A stretch of 61,933 nucleotides of DNA, filler included. It is 3 parts of 3 records of this genome, joined end to end, with 100 filler letters (N's around TTAATTAATTAA, not from the genome) between each part and the next. Parts side by side here need not be neighbours in the genome. Positions count along the whole stretch, not along the records: positions 1 to 31,002 come from SRR22947727_1963; 2 more parts are not named here. One strand, given 5' to 3'. Shown piece after piece: positions 1 through 10,120 of this stretch. The notes under the pieces are model-generated. The model was not told where the DNA came from. It made no database searches and worked only from the letters and a program-made list of their open reading frames with translations. Every line of letters starts with the position of its first letter. The first letter of the stretch is position 1. Position numbers and translations under genes: made by a program.

Positions 1-1
1 C

Positions 2-972
2 GCGCCACCCACTAAAATTCACGAAGAACCACGTGAATTTGGCAATGGGTTTCGCTATTTGCTCACCGGTTACCCTCCTTTCATCAAACGTTATCTAGAT
101 GAAACCGAATCGGCTCTCGAAGATCTTGATATCCATCTTGTCATGGGCGGAGAAGGGAATTCCGAAGGATTGCGTGACCATTTTTGAAGCATTTTTCAAG
201 TGTTTACTCACCCTACGGTGCTTCCGATCTCGAGATCAATATCGGGATGGAGACCGATCTCACCATAGCGCTCCGGCGTGCCTGCCTCGACGACTCCGAA
301 CTCAATGAACGGCTTTTCGGAAGAAAGGAGACGCCGATGGTATTTCAATACAACCCGCTGGATTACCTCATTGAAACGAATGCCGATGGAGAAATGCTTT
401 TCACCGTTTTGCGGAGGAAAAGCCTGATTCCAAAAATTCGTTACAACCTTCATGACAGGGGAGTCGCGATGCGATATAGCGATATTGAAAAAATCGCTGG
501 GGAAGAGCTGCGCAGCAGAGGGGCGATGGATTCACCGCATCTCGCATTCCCTTTGCTTTTCGTTTTCGGAAGGACTGACCTTACCGTTCCCTTTTTTGGA
601 GCGAATATCAACGCGAGTGATCTGGAAAGAGTTATCAATGACCACCCGGACTTGGTCCAACAAGTGCAGTCATTCCGATTGCAATCCATTGAAGACGCGG
701 AGTTGGATCGGCACCTTCTAATTTCGCTTGAGACGGTCGGCTCGACGGAGTCCATGCGTCATTCGCCCGAGACCGTCCACAGTTCGATCTATCAGGGGCT
801 GCTTGCGGTAAATCAAGATTTTCGAGAAGTGAGTAGAATGTTCTCACCCGACCGAGTTCAAGTCGAATCGTATCCGTTTCAAACTGGCCCCTTTGCAAAT
901 ACTGACGTGCGTTTAAAAAACAACTACGTCAATTCTGCCAGCCCCTACGAACCAACAGGGTGCGCACGATGA
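2..972 (+). pseudogene. Phenylacetate-CoA ligase-like (PaaK/F390 synthetase family) protein, 5'-truncated, with a frameshift at the T-run 181-185
   Basis: Frame from nt 2 reads ...RYLLTGYPPFIKRYLDET...MGGEGNSEGLRDHF*. It continues in the ORF-track frame 184-972 (SPYGASDLEINIGMET, FQYNPLDY, KIRYNLHDRG, FVFGRTD). One extra T would join the two frames. Confidence 0.65.
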
Positions 973-990
973 ACCAACCCTGTTCGATCG
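947..990. repeat. REP-like palindromic repeat, copy A
   Basis: acgaaccAACAGGGTgcgcacgatgaaccaACCCTGTTcgatcg. Inverted arms; same core as the copies at 6302, 19304, 24686 and 30905. Confidence 0.7.
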
Positions 991-1061
991 ATTACTCGAT
1001 TCTTTGAATAACAGCATTGCCTGTTTATCGCCGCTTCTCTAAAACGGAACGTGACGCAGTC

Positions 1062-2210
1062 ATGAAAATTGAATCAATCCGTATTTTACCGCTTCGCGGG
1101 GCCACGCCTGATGGCGGTTGGGATGATGTTCATCTCAATCCGGAAACGAATCTTCACACGCTGGTGGAAGTGATCACGGATGAAGGCATCACGGGGCTGG
1201 GGAGCGTTTTTACGTCGGCCCATTTGGTTGAGGGAGCGGTCGCGGTGTTGAAACCGTTTCTGATTGGAGCCTCGGCCCTTGATCCGGCGGCGACCAGCGA
1301 GATGCTTCACCAGCAAACGTTCTGGCAGGGACGGGGCGGCGCAATCACTCATGCGATTTCGGGAATCGATATCGCGTTGTGGGATATTTTTGGAAAAGTC
1401 TGCGGCCAGCCAATTAGTCGTTTGTTAGGAGGGCGATACCGGGAACGAATCAAGCCATACGGTTCAGTCTTGATGGGAGAACCGGATGTTCTACTCCCGC
1501 GATTGGAGGATGGAATGCGGCGTGGGTTTCGCGCTTTCAAAATTGGATGGGGTCCTTTCGGCCGGGTCGATCGGAAAACCGATGAGCGGATCGTGAAAGC
1601 GGCGCGCGATTGTATCGGATCGGACATTGAGCTGATGGTCGATGCGGGTGGATCGGATGCGTTGTGGCCGCACGGCTACAAGTGGGCGGTGGAGACTGCA
1701 AAAATGCTGGCGGATTATGATGTCACCTGGTTTGAAGAAGCGCTGCGACCGGATGATTTGGAAGGGTATATTCAGCTCACCAAAAACTCGCCTGTTCCGA
1801 TCGCGGCCTGCGAGGTTCTGACGCGGCGTCAGTCGTTTCTCGAATGGATCGAGCGACGGGCTGTGGATTTTATTCAGCCCGATGTGACGAAAGTCGGCGG
1901 GCTGAGCGAGGAACACCGGATTGCCCAATATGCGGATGATCATGCGATTCGTTTCGTGCCGCATGGGTGGAACACGGCAGTGGGACTTGCGGCGGATTTG
2001 CAATTACTCGCTGCGGCCGCCAACGCGAAGTGGGTCGAATACATCACGCCGGCGCCCTACATTGAAGAGCTTTTGCTGGATCCGATTCAGCTCGACGAAA
2101 CGGATGGGATGATTGCGATTCCGGACGGGCCGGGGCTGGGGATGCGATGGAATCCTGATGGGATTGAGAAATTTACCGGAGGCATGGCGCTGACCGAGTC
2201 AACGAAGTAA
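1062..2210 (+). CDS. Mandelate racemase/muconate lactonizing enzyme (enolase superfamily), probable acid-sugar dehydratase
   Basis: AISGIDIALWDIFGK, LLGG, FKIG, metal ligands in MVDAG / WFEE / ACEV, then QPD and PHGW. Start ATG at 1062. Confidence 0.9.
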   Translation: MKIESIRILPLRGATPDGGWDDVHLNPETNLHTLVEVITDEGITGLGSVFTSAHLVEGAVAVLKPFLIGASALDPAATSEMLHQQTFWQGRGGAITHAISGIDIALWDIFGKVCGQPISRLLGGRYRERIKPYGSVLMGEPDVLLPRLEDGMRRGFRAFKIGWGPFGRVDRKTDERIVKAARDCIGSDIELMVDAGGSDALWPHGYKWAVETAKMLADYDVTWFEEALRPDDLEGYIQLTKNSPVPIAACEVLTRRQSFLEWIERRAVDFIQPDVTKVGGLSEEHRIAQYADDHAIRFVPHGWNTAVGLAADLQLLAAAANAKWVEYITPAPYIEELLLDPIQLDETDGMIAIPDGPGLGMRWNPDGIEKFTGGMALTESTK

Positions 2211-2213
2211 ACG

Positions 2214-3878
2214 ATGACCGCACTCGACTGGATCATTGTTTTGGTGCTCAACGGAAGCGTCCTCGGCATTGGATTCTATCTGGCGCGGGGCACGCATTCT
2301 TCACAGGAATGGTTTCTGGGGAGGCGTTCTCTGGCCTGGTGGGCGATTGGACTGTCAATGTTCGCGACGAATGTGGATAATGCGGACCTGGTTTCACTCA
2401 CGGGAACGTCTTATAAAGAAGGGCTTCACATCTTGATGGTGCACGTCACCGGGAGTCTCGTCGGAGTCATTCTTGCCGCCTTTTTTCTGGCCCCTGCCAT
2501 TTCGCGGGCCGGGCAATATACGAATGCGGAATATTTGGAAGCGCGCTTTGGACCTGCGACCCGGGTGCTCAGCGCATTCATCCAGCTTCAATACCGGAGT
2601 AGCATTCTCGGCCTGATGATCTGGTCGATTTTCCTATTGCTGACCGGGCTGGTGGGGATGAGCACGACGATGGCCTGGACGTTCATTGTCCTGCTGGTGA
2701 TTGCGGCAGCGATCTACACCTCATGGGGCGGATTGCGATCGGTTGTCGTCACGGATGCGCTTCAGGGAATTATCATGATGGCTGGGATGATTGTCATTTT
2801 CCTCGCGGTCTGGAAAGCGGCGGGTGGCTGGTCCGGAATGGAAACGGCACTCGAAGCCCAAACACTCGCTGAGAGCGGAAAACCAGCCTCGGACCTGCTC
2901 CACATGGGGCGTTACCACGGGGACAACGGGAACACATCGCCGTGGATTGTGGCGTTGGGTTGGATCATCATTGCGGCGGGGTACTGGACGGTCAACCACA
3001 GTCAGGTGATGCGTTTGCTCGGAGCCCGTTCGCTTTGGGATATGAAAATGGCGGCTCTTTTTGGAGCGACCATCAGTATTCCCATCATGGTTTGTTCCGC
3101 AAGTCTCGGCGTGTTTGGTCGCTCTCTCTTTCCCGATTTCGCCCAGCCCGATCAGCTTTATCCGCACCTCGCTAATCTGTATCTTGGGATTGGCCTGAAA
3201 GGACTCGTTGTTGCGGCAATTGTCGCGGCAGCAGTCAGCACGTTTGATTCAATAGGCTCATCGTTGTCCGCTGTTTTTACCCGCGATATCTACGCCCGGC
3301 TCATATCAAAAAAGGATGCTGGTGATACCCACTACGTAAAAGTGAGTCGGTACGCGACCTTTGCGGTTCTCGCTTCCGGCTTTCTTTACCTGCCGTTTAT
3401 TCAATCGAAAGACACGATGCTGAAGGCGCTTCTTACGTTGATCCCTGTGTTTGTGACGCCGTTGCTGACGATTTATCTCGTTGGTATTTTCACAAAAGCA
3501 CATCGCCGATCGGGACTGTGGGGGATTGTTGCAGGAGCAACGTATGGAATGATCGCGCTGTGGGATCGTGAATCGGAAACGGGCGCGACCTGGCTGGCCG
3601 AATGGTTCACAGGACGTTGGGTTGCTCTGCCATGGGCGATGATTTTCGCTGGTCTCGGTGCTTTGATAGCGACGATGCTTTACGGAAAATGGAACGGCGA
3701 TGAACCTGCCGTTCAAGAAAATGCCAATCAGTGGCTGAAGGAAAGCAGCGAAGATTTGGCTCCCATTCCTGAGCACCCGTTTCCCGGAGAAGGCCCGCCG
3801 ATCTACCTGCGTCCCGGCCTGATCGCCGGGGTCTTGCTGGCCATCACTCTGATCATCACCGCCTTATTTCTCTGGTAA
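2214..3878 (+). CDS. Sodium:solute symporter (SSS) family transporter
   Basis: Many TM segments; WFLGRRSLAWWAIGLSMFATN, EYLEARF, YTSWGGLRSVVVTDALQ, AAAVSTFDS. Confidence 0.92.
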   Translation: MTALDWIIVLVLNGSVLGIGFYLARGTHSSQEWFLGRRSLAWWAIGLSMFATNVDNADLVSLTGTSYKEGLHILMVHVTGSLVGVILAAFFLAPAISRAGQYTNAEYLEARFGPATRVLSAFIQLQYRSSILGLMIWSIFLLLTGLVGMSTTMAWTFIVLLVIAAAIYTSWGGLRSVVVTDALQGIIMMAGMIVIFLAVWKAAGGWSGMETALEAQTLAESGKPASDLLHMGRYHGDNGNTSPWIVALGWIIIAAGYWTVNHSQVMRLLGARSLWDMKMAALFGATISIPIMVCSASLGVFGRSLFPDFAQPDQLYPHLANLYLGIGLKGLVVAAIVAAAVSTFDSIGSSLSAVFTRDIYARLISKKDAGDTHYVKVSRYATFAVLASGFLYLPFIQSKDTMLKALLTLIPVFVTPLLTIYLVGIFTKAHRRSGLWGIVAGATYGMIALWDRESETGATWLAEWFTGRWVALPWAMIFAGLGALIATMLYGKWNGDEPAVQENANQWLKESSEDLAPIPEHPFPGEGPPIYLRPGLIAGVLLAITLIITALFLW

Positions 3879-3899
3879 AACCGATCACCAAAAATCAAT

Positions 3900-4790
3900 A
3901 TGAGCACTGAATCCAATCGAGCTAAAACGGAACACCGTTACGAAAAATTGACCTGGCCGGAGATTAATGATGCGGTCGATTTGGGGAAAGTTTGTATCGT
4001 TCCCTGCGGAGCCGTCGAGCAGCACGGACCGCATCTTCCGCTCGATGTAGATCTTATTTGTCCGACTAGTATCGCCCTCGGGGCAGGGTTGAACAGTCCT
4101 GAAAACATTCTGGTTCTGCCTACGGTCAGTTACGGATACACCGGCCACGTCATGGATTTTCCAGGCACGATCAATAACGACTCCGAGACCTTCATTCGTC
4201 ACGTGCTCGATATCACCCGTTCGCTGGCCTATCACGGATTTAAGAAAATCATCCTTCTCAACGGACATGGTTCCAACATGCCGAATCTCGATCTGGTGGC
4301 CCGTCGCACCAATCTTGAAACCGACGCCGAATGCATTTTGACGGGCTGGTGGCAACTCTTGACCGTCGACAAAGACTTCCTGCCGGGCTGGCGGGAGAGC
4401 AAATTTCCCGGTGGTTGCGCGCACGCCTGCGAGTTGGAGACTTCGTTGTATCTCTACCTCGACGAGGACAACGTTCGGAAAGACAAAATCAAGAACGGCA
4501 CCATTTCATTCAACGAGGAGGAGAGCCCCTTCAATTTCGTCGATCTGTTTCAAGCGGGACCGGGAACGGCGGTTTCGTGGACCAGCAGCTATTCAGATTC
4601 CGGCGTTCTCGGGGAAGCAGAGCTGGCGACCGTTGAAAAAGGTAAGGCTGCTTACGATGAGGCCGTCAAACAGCTGGTGCGGATGGTGACCTGGTTTCAT
4701 CCGCGCCCGAAAGATCAGCGGAAGGATCGTCATCGAGTCCCACCGACCATGCCGATGCCATGGAAGCAGCGACCGGTCGATGAGGAGTGA
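3900..4790 (+). CDS. Creatininase-family amidohydrolase
   Basis: GAVEQHGPHLPLDVD, NGHGSN, HACELETS metal-binding motifs. Confidence 0.9.
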   Translation: MSTESNRAKTEHRYEKLTWPEINDAVDLGKVCIVPCGAVEQHGPHLPLDVDLICPTSIALGAGLNSPENILVLPTVSYGYTGHVMDFPGTINNDSETFIRHVLDITRSLAYHGFKKIILLNGHGSNMPNLDLVARRTNLETDAECILTGWWQLLTVDKDFLPGWRESKFPGGCAHACELETSLYLYLDEDNVRKDKIKNGTISFNEEESPFNFVDLFQAGPGTAVSWTSSYSDSGVLGEAELATVEKGKAAYDEAVKQLVRMVTWFHPRPKDQRKDRHRVPPTMPMPWKQRPVDEE

Positions 4791-4823
4791 ACGCCTTAGT
4801 TTTAAGAAGTGCCCACAGTCTGT

Positions 4824-6422
4824 TCAGCGCGACGTTTTCAAATGTTCGATCACCGCCTTGCGATCATCTGGATTTAAGAAGCCCTGAAATTCCATCTTGG
4901 TTCCGGGGGCGAATTTTTTCGGGTTGGTAAGATATTGATCGAGCAATTCAGGCGTCCATTTTTCGTCGCCGCTTTTGGCTACTTTAGTGAGCGCGTCGGA
5001 AAATTCGAAATTCGACGCTGAGGCGATTTTTCGGTCCCAAAAACCATCAAGCGTTGGTGCTGGAAACCCGGCTCGATGCTGGCCGGGTGCTCCGTGGCAC
5101 CCTGAACATAAAACCGAAAGCGTTGCGCCACGTTCTTTCATGTCCATGGATGCAATTTGGTTTTCGTCGATGACAAATTCGCCCCGCATTTTCATCATGG
5201 CCGCGACCTGATCGTCGCTCATCGACGCGCGGATTTTTCGGTAGGCTTCGGCTTCGATGATGGCGGCTTCCATTTCGAGCCGCCCCATTTCTTTAGAAAG
5301 TTGATCAGCGTGATTTTTTTTGTAGCCACCCGGATCGGTTCTCAATGCCGCCATTTGATTGAGAAATTCGTGACGGTTTTCAAGAAATTCGCGCACGACT
5401 GGAATCTGAATTCTCACTGCATCATTGATGAGTTTTTGCTGCTCGCTGTTCAGCATTGCTGAGGAATCTTTGGAGATCGTTCCGCGACTCGCGGCGTGCC
5501 CACTTTTATGCCGGATCGATACGAATCCGAAAAATTGCACGGGCTGGCCGATTGGGATGATTTCGTTGTCCTCCGGTTTTCCAGTGATCCAAGCGAAGGC
5601 TTTGGCGTAAAGATCTTCGAGTAATTTTGCATCGTTGCGTTCAAATCCCGGTGCTTCGACGCGAATGCCTTTGCCGTGTTTTCCAGCGCTCTCGGCATCT
5701 GCCCGCCACTTTTTTAAAAGATCGCGCTGCTCATCTGTCAGCGAATCTTCGAGAGCGGCGTAGGCGACAGCTTCGTGTGTTGCGACGGTGGAATTGAGAA
5801 TTGTAAATCGTTCGCCGAGCGGCATTAATTTTTCCCGATCGATGGGCAGGCCGGTGTAAAGATGGTCTTCCAGCAACGTCAGGATTTCCTCGCGAACCGC
5901 CCACCATTCCGTGAGTGCTTGTTTCTCTGATTTCACGGCGTCCGCCATTCCCTTGCGTTGGGCACCATCCGCAATGGCGAACATAGCCCGGCCGAGGGTT
6001 CCGCGATTCGCCGCACGACCGCTTTGATAACGCAGCGCGACGAATCCGAAAAACTGCGCGTTTTTCCCGACTGAAAGCTTTTCGTTATCGGCGGGCGAAC
6101 CGGATAGCCAGGCAAATCCTTTCGAAGCCATCGCCGTTTGCAGTTCTTTTTCACCACGAAGTCCGCTGTATTCTTCAGCGCTCCAGGTATCGGTGTTTTT
6201 TTTGTCCGGCTTGTTCCCGCCTTTTCCGCCGCCGCCTTTTTTTTGTTTTTGAGCAAAGGCTGATGTGGAGCAGAACAAAACGAGAGCCAAGCAAAGCGCG
6301 TACGAACAGACCCTATTGGTTCGATGAACGTACCCTGTTGGTTCGTGGGAAGTTGGTAGGGACGATGCGGACGATTGAGGGAAATCGTCCCTATCCGCTG
6401 AAATTTTGAAGTCAGTTTTCAT
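4824..6422 (-). CDS. Secreted protein with an internally duplicated helical domain and a C-terminal class I cytochrome c domain
   Basis: Signal-like LCLALVLFCSTSAFA. Two copies of FAWxxGxPxDNE...QFFGFVxxRxxSGxAAxRG. CSGCH heme motif plus NPKKFAPGTKMEF (axial Met). Start uncertain (6422 chosen). Confidence 0.75.
   Translation of the reverse strand: MKTDFKISADRDDFPQSSASSLPTSHEPTGYVHRTNRVCSYALCLALVLFCSTSAFAQKQKKGGGGKGGNKPDKKNTDTWSAEEYSGLRGEKELQTAMASKGFAWLSGSPADNEKLSVGKNAQFFGFVALRYQSGRAANRGTLGRAMFAIADGAQRKGMADAVKSEKQALTEWWAVREEILTLLEDHLYTGLPIDREKLMPLGERFTILNSTVATHEAVAYAALEDSLTDEQRDLLKKWRADAESAGKHGKGIRVEAPGFERNDAKLLEDLYAKAFAWITGKPEDNEIIPIGQPVQFFGFVSIRHKSGHAASRGTISKDSSAMLNSEQQKLINDAVRIQIPVVREFLENRHEFLNQMAALRTDPGGYKKNHADQLSKEMGRLEMEAAIIEAEAYRKIRASMSDDQVAAMMKMRGEFVIDENQIASMDMKERGATLSVLCSGCHGAPGQHRAGFPAPTLDGFWDRKIASASNFEFSDALTKVAKSGDEKWTPELLDQYLTNPKKFAPGTKMEFQGFLNPDDRKAVIEHLKTSR
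6302..6347. repeat. REP-like repeat, copy B (two tandem units)
   Basis: Minus strand reads cacgaaccaacagggtacgttcatcgaaccaatagggtctgttcgt. Confidence 0.7.
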
Positions 6423-6441
6423 TGGAAGGTTAAAGTTGGTC

Positions 6442-7860
6442 TCACCTTTTTTGCTTTCCTCCTTTGCCCTTACCTTTTCCTTTCGCCCCTTTGCCACCGC
6501 CTTTTGTTCTCCCCACTGATGGCGGGTTTGCTGGATCGTAACTTGGATTTTTTACGGGCATTTGTGCGTCGACTTCTTTTAGATAAGCGAAAAGCCGATT
6601 GCGCATGTCACTAACGATTTCAGGTTGTTCGCTGGCGAGGTCGTTACTTTCTTGAATGTCTTTATCGAGATCGAAGAGGTATGTTTTTTGGTCTTCGTAA
6701 AAGTGCGCGATTTTGAGATTGTCTAGCAACAGGGTCGAATGAGGCGTATCGCCTTGGTAGTGGGGGAAATGAAAAACGAGTTCTTTTCGCGGGCGCGTGA
6801 CCGGTTTTTCTTCTCCGCGAAAGAGATGGGAAATGGAGCCGCCTTCGGTTGTTTTGGGGAGGGGTTTTTGAACGCCCGCTAACTCACAAAATGTAGGATA
6901 AAAGTCGTATCCGACGACGCGTTGATGACTCCAAGAATTTGCTGCGATTCCCGGGCCACGAATGATCAGGGGAACACGAACGCCGCCTTCCCAAACGCCA
7001 CCTTTTCCGCCGCGAAGCATGCCTCTGTTCGAAGAACCGTTGTCGGACATGTAGATCACATAGGTGTTCTCGGCGATTCCGAGCGCTTTGATTTTCTCCA
7101 GCAAAAGCCCGACTCCCTGATCCAAAGCCTCGCTCATCGCAGAACGTCCGATCTCTTTTTCGCGCCCTCCGGGAATCAGTTCTGTGTATTTTTTAATCAG
7201 CTCCGGCGGTGCGTTTTGCGGATAATGCAGCGCGTGGTAGGACATCTGAATGAAGAACGGCTTTTTGGTCTTTTTCGATTCAGACATCACCGCCATGGCC
7301 CGTTCGCCCATTCCAAAAATATCGACAGGATTGGGAGGAAGGTGTGGCGCAGCATCGTTGTTGCCCGTTTCACCATCGCATTCGTCATAGCCATGATCAG
7401 CCGGACCACCGCCTCCGATATGCCATTTTCCAAAATGAGCGGTGGTGTATCCGGCTGATTGCAGCAGCTCGCCGATGGTCGTTTCGTCCGTTTGAATGTG
7501 GCGGCGATTTTGAGGGGCGATCAATTTGAAGCCGTCGGATTCTGTCATCGGCGGAGCCGCTTTTGTCCACTGACACTGCGCCGGGCTTTTCCCCGTCTGC
7601 AAACTGATCCGCGTCGGCGAACAAACTGAGGCCGGAGAATACGCGGCGCTAAATCGCATCCCCTCGCTGGCGAGCCGCGCGATGTTCGGCGTTTCGATGA
7701 ACGAGCTTTTGGATTCGGGCATCTCCGGATGCATCTGGCAGGACAGCCCGGTCCATGACTGATCATCGGAGAGCAGGAAGATGAAGTTGGGTTGCTCCTG
7801 AGCGATTCCGTGGATTGAAATCAAGGTGAGCAAAGTGGCGATTACAGCTGGAACTTTCAT
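6442..7860 (-). CDS. Formylglycine-dependent (S1) sulfatase, secreted
   Basis: Signal peptide; PNFIFLLSDD, CSPTR, GKWH, SDNG, GGVRVP; Gly/Lys-rich C-terminal tail. Confidence 0.95.
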   Translation of the reverse strand: MKVPAVIATLLTLISIHGIAQEQPNFIFLLSDDQSWTGLSCQMHPEMPESKSSFIETPNIARLASEGMRFSAAYSPASVCSPTRISLQTGKSPAQCQWTKAAPPMTESDGFKLIAPQNRRHIQTDETTIGELLQSAGYTTAHFGKWHIGGGGPADHGYDECDGETGNNDAAPHLPPNPVDIFGMGERAMAVMSESKKTKKPFFIQMSYHALHYPQNAPPELIKKYTELIPGGREKEIGRSAMSEALDQGVGLLLEKIKALGIAENTYVIYMSDNGSSNRGMLRGGKGGVWEGGVRVPLIIRGPGIAANSWSHQRVVGYDFYPTFCELAGVQKPLPKTTEGGSISHLFRGEEKPVTRPRKELVFHFPHYQGDTPHSTLLLDNLKIAHFYEDQKTYLFDLDKDIQESNDLASEQPEIVSDMRNRLFAYLKEVDAQMPVKNPSYDPANPPSVGRTKGGGKGAKGKGKGKGGKQKR

Positions 7861-8017
7861 GAAAGGATTAAAAGAGTGAACTCAAATCCTTAGCGAAGGT
7901 TTCGATTCTATTTTGACCGATCGAAAACAATCCGTGTAAAACCATTTCTATCGGGCGGAATTCGTGATAAAAAATCGAATCGCATTTCCATTTCGAATTT
8001 TTTTCCAAATCAAAATC

Positions 8018-8905
8018 ATGCTTCCTCTACGCTACACTTTTTTCGCAGCCCTGTTAGTGCTTGCCACCAGCTTTGCCTCGGCCCAAACAGCCAAGAAGTC
8101 CGGAAGAGTTTCAACTCCGGCTCCGACGGGAGCGCCGCTCATCAAGGCGGATATCGGAGCTTTTCCGGACAAGACCGAACGCCTCGATCTATTTCTTCTC
8201 ATCGGACAATCGAATATGAAAGGACGTGGGTTTATGCCTGAAAAGGCGAAAAACGATCCGCGCATCATCATGATGCATCTGCCTTCGGATGGTTGGTTTA
8301 ATGCCCGTCATCCACTTCATCTCACAGGCGATGCGAAGACGTTCAAAGGTCACGACAATGCCGGAGTCGGTTCAGGTTTGATGTTCGCTGAGAAAATTGC
8401 GGAGGCTTCGGAGGGTTCCAGAATCGGATTGATTCCGGCGGCGAGAGGCGGAACCAAGATTGCTCAATGGAGTGAAAAGAGTGCTCTCTATACCAATGCG
8501 ATTCGAAAAGTGAAGCTGGCATTGGAACAGGGCCCCGCTGGAAAAACGAAACTCCGTGGCGTGCTTTGGTTGCAAGGAGAAGGCGATTCGAATGAAGAAA
8601 AAATCCCGCTTTATGCCTATGCACTTTCCGATCTCGTTGATCGTCTTCGAGCAGATCTCGCCGACCCGACATTGCCGTTCATTGCTGCTACGATTGGTGA
8701 GCTCGTCGAAAAGGCGAACTCCGGGCACAAACGCAAAATCAACGAAATCCTCCTCGATCTTCCAAATCAAAAACCCCACACTGCCTGCGTCGACGCGCGC
8801 GATGTCAAAGGTCATATCGGCGACGGGACGCACTACGACACCACCGCGATGGAAGAAATTGGCCGCCGCTTTGCGAAGCAGCTTTTGGAGTTGGAGAAGA
8901 AGTGA
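8018..8905 (+). CDS. SASA/DUF303 sialate O-acetylesterase-like SGNH carbohydrate esterase
   Basis: LLIGQSNM, GVLWLQGEGD, DGTHY (DxxH); signal peptide from ATG 8018. Confidence 0.88.
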   Translation: MLPLRYTFFAALLVLATSFASAQTAKKSGRVSTPAPTGAPLIKADIGAFPDKTERLDLFLLIGQSNMKGRGFMPEKAKNDPRIIMMHLPSDGWFNARHPLHLTGDAKTFKGHDNAGVGSGLMFAEKIAEASEGSRIGLIPAARGGTKIAQWSEKSALYTNAIRKVKLALEQGPAGKTKLRGVLWLQGEGDSNEEKIPLYAYALSDLVDRLRADLADPTLPFIAATIGELVEKANSGHKRKINEILLDLPNQKPHTACVDARDVKGHIGDGTHYDTTAMEEIGRRFAKQLLELEKK

Positions 8906-8974
8906 AAAGGAAATGATGTTTTTTGAAATGACCGACAAGGACTGACTAACAAAGGCACCAGCAAAAACAAACAC

Positions 8975-10120
8975 ATGAAAAGCTTCTCCGTTACTTTCTT
9001 CGCTTTAACCGTGGCGTCTTCGATTCACGCTGCTGATCTCCCTCCTGTTGCTGAAGCTGGTCAGGGCGCTCTCGTTTCCTCGGAACAAATCTTTGATCTG
9101 GCCAACAAGCCGACCAAGGAATGTCATGCGTCAACCATCGTTGAGACGCCAACCGGTCTTGTTGTCGCCTGGTTCGCTGGTAGCCGGGAGATGAACCCCG
9201 ACGTGGGTATTCGTGTTTCCCGACAGGAAAATGGGAAATGGACTGAATCTGTCGAGATCGTCAACGGCGTTCAATCCTCGAATCTTCGTTACCCCACGTG
9301 GAACCCGGTTCTTTTTCAACCCGCTGAGGGGCCCCTGATGCTTTTTTACAAAGTTGGCCCGCATCCGCGCGAGTGGTGGGGAATGCTCACGACTTCTGAA
9401 GACGGTGGCAAAACGTGGTCATGGCCTACTAAGCTTGGCGAAGCCCACACGATCGGGCACCTCCTCGGCCCGGTAAAAAACAAGCCGATTCAACTCGAAG
9501 ACGGCACTATTTTTTGCCCTTCGAGTACGGAGATCGAGAATCCCGATGGCTCTTCGCTTTGGCGAATCCACTTTGAAGTGACGAGGGATCTTGGCAAGAC
9601 TTGGGAAGTTATCGGGCCGATCCATACGGGGGAAATTTTCCACGCGATTCAACCGAGCATCCTGACCTATCCAGACAATCGAATGCAGATTCTTTGTCGC
9701 AGTCGGGAAAAGAGTGTTCTTCAGAGCTGGTCTAATGATGCGGGTAAAACGTGGAGCCCGCTCAGCGCTACTGAGCTTCCTAATCCTAATTCCGGAACGG
9801 ATGCAGTGACCTTAAAAGACGGTCGGCAGATCGTGATCTATAATCATTCGGAAGGGGGTGTAAGACAGAAAGACGGCCCAGTTCTCAAGCCGCGCCGAAT
9901 TCTCAATCTCGCGCTCTCATCTGACGGGGAAACTTGGAAGCCCGTTTTAACATTCGAACATGAAACCGGGCCTCATCCTGAAGATGCCGACCAGCGACGT
10001 CATTTCGGTGAATATAGTTATCCGGCTATTATCCAGACATCCGACGGGCTCCTGAATATTGTATACACCTACAACCGTGAAGGCGTGAAACATGCCGTGG
10101 TTGATCCGGGGAAACTGTGA
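8975..10120 (+). CDS. BNR/Asp-box (exo-alpha-sialidase-like) beta-propeller protein
   Basis: CHASTIVE, Asp-boxes SEDGGKTW / TRDLGKTW / SNDAGKTW / SSDGETW, PNPNSG, EYSYPAII. Confidence 0.88.
   Translation: MKSFSVTFFALTVASSIHAADLPPVAEAGQGALVSSEQIFDLANKPTKECHASTIVETPTGLVVAWFAGSREMNPDVGIRVSRQENGKWTESVEIVNGVQSSNLRYPTWNPVLFQPAEGPLMLFYKVGPHPREWWGMLTTSEDGGKTWSWPTKLGEAHTIGHLLGPVKNKPIQLEDGTIFCPSSTEIENPDGSSLWRIHFEVTRDLGKTWEVIGPIHTGEIFHAIQPSILTYPDNRMQILCRSREKSVLQSWSNDAGKTWSPLSATELPNPNSGTDAVTLKDGRQIVIYNHSEGGVRQKDGPVLKPRRILNLALSSDGETWKPVLTFEHETGPHPEDADQRRHFGEYSYPAIIQTSDGLLNIVYTYNREGVKHAVVDPGKL

Noticed and set aside
3900-4790. Mycofactocin peptidase MftE / RiPP cluster
   Set aside because: No precursor peptide, RRE protein or radical SAM gene is nearby; only a generic creatininase-family call is supported.
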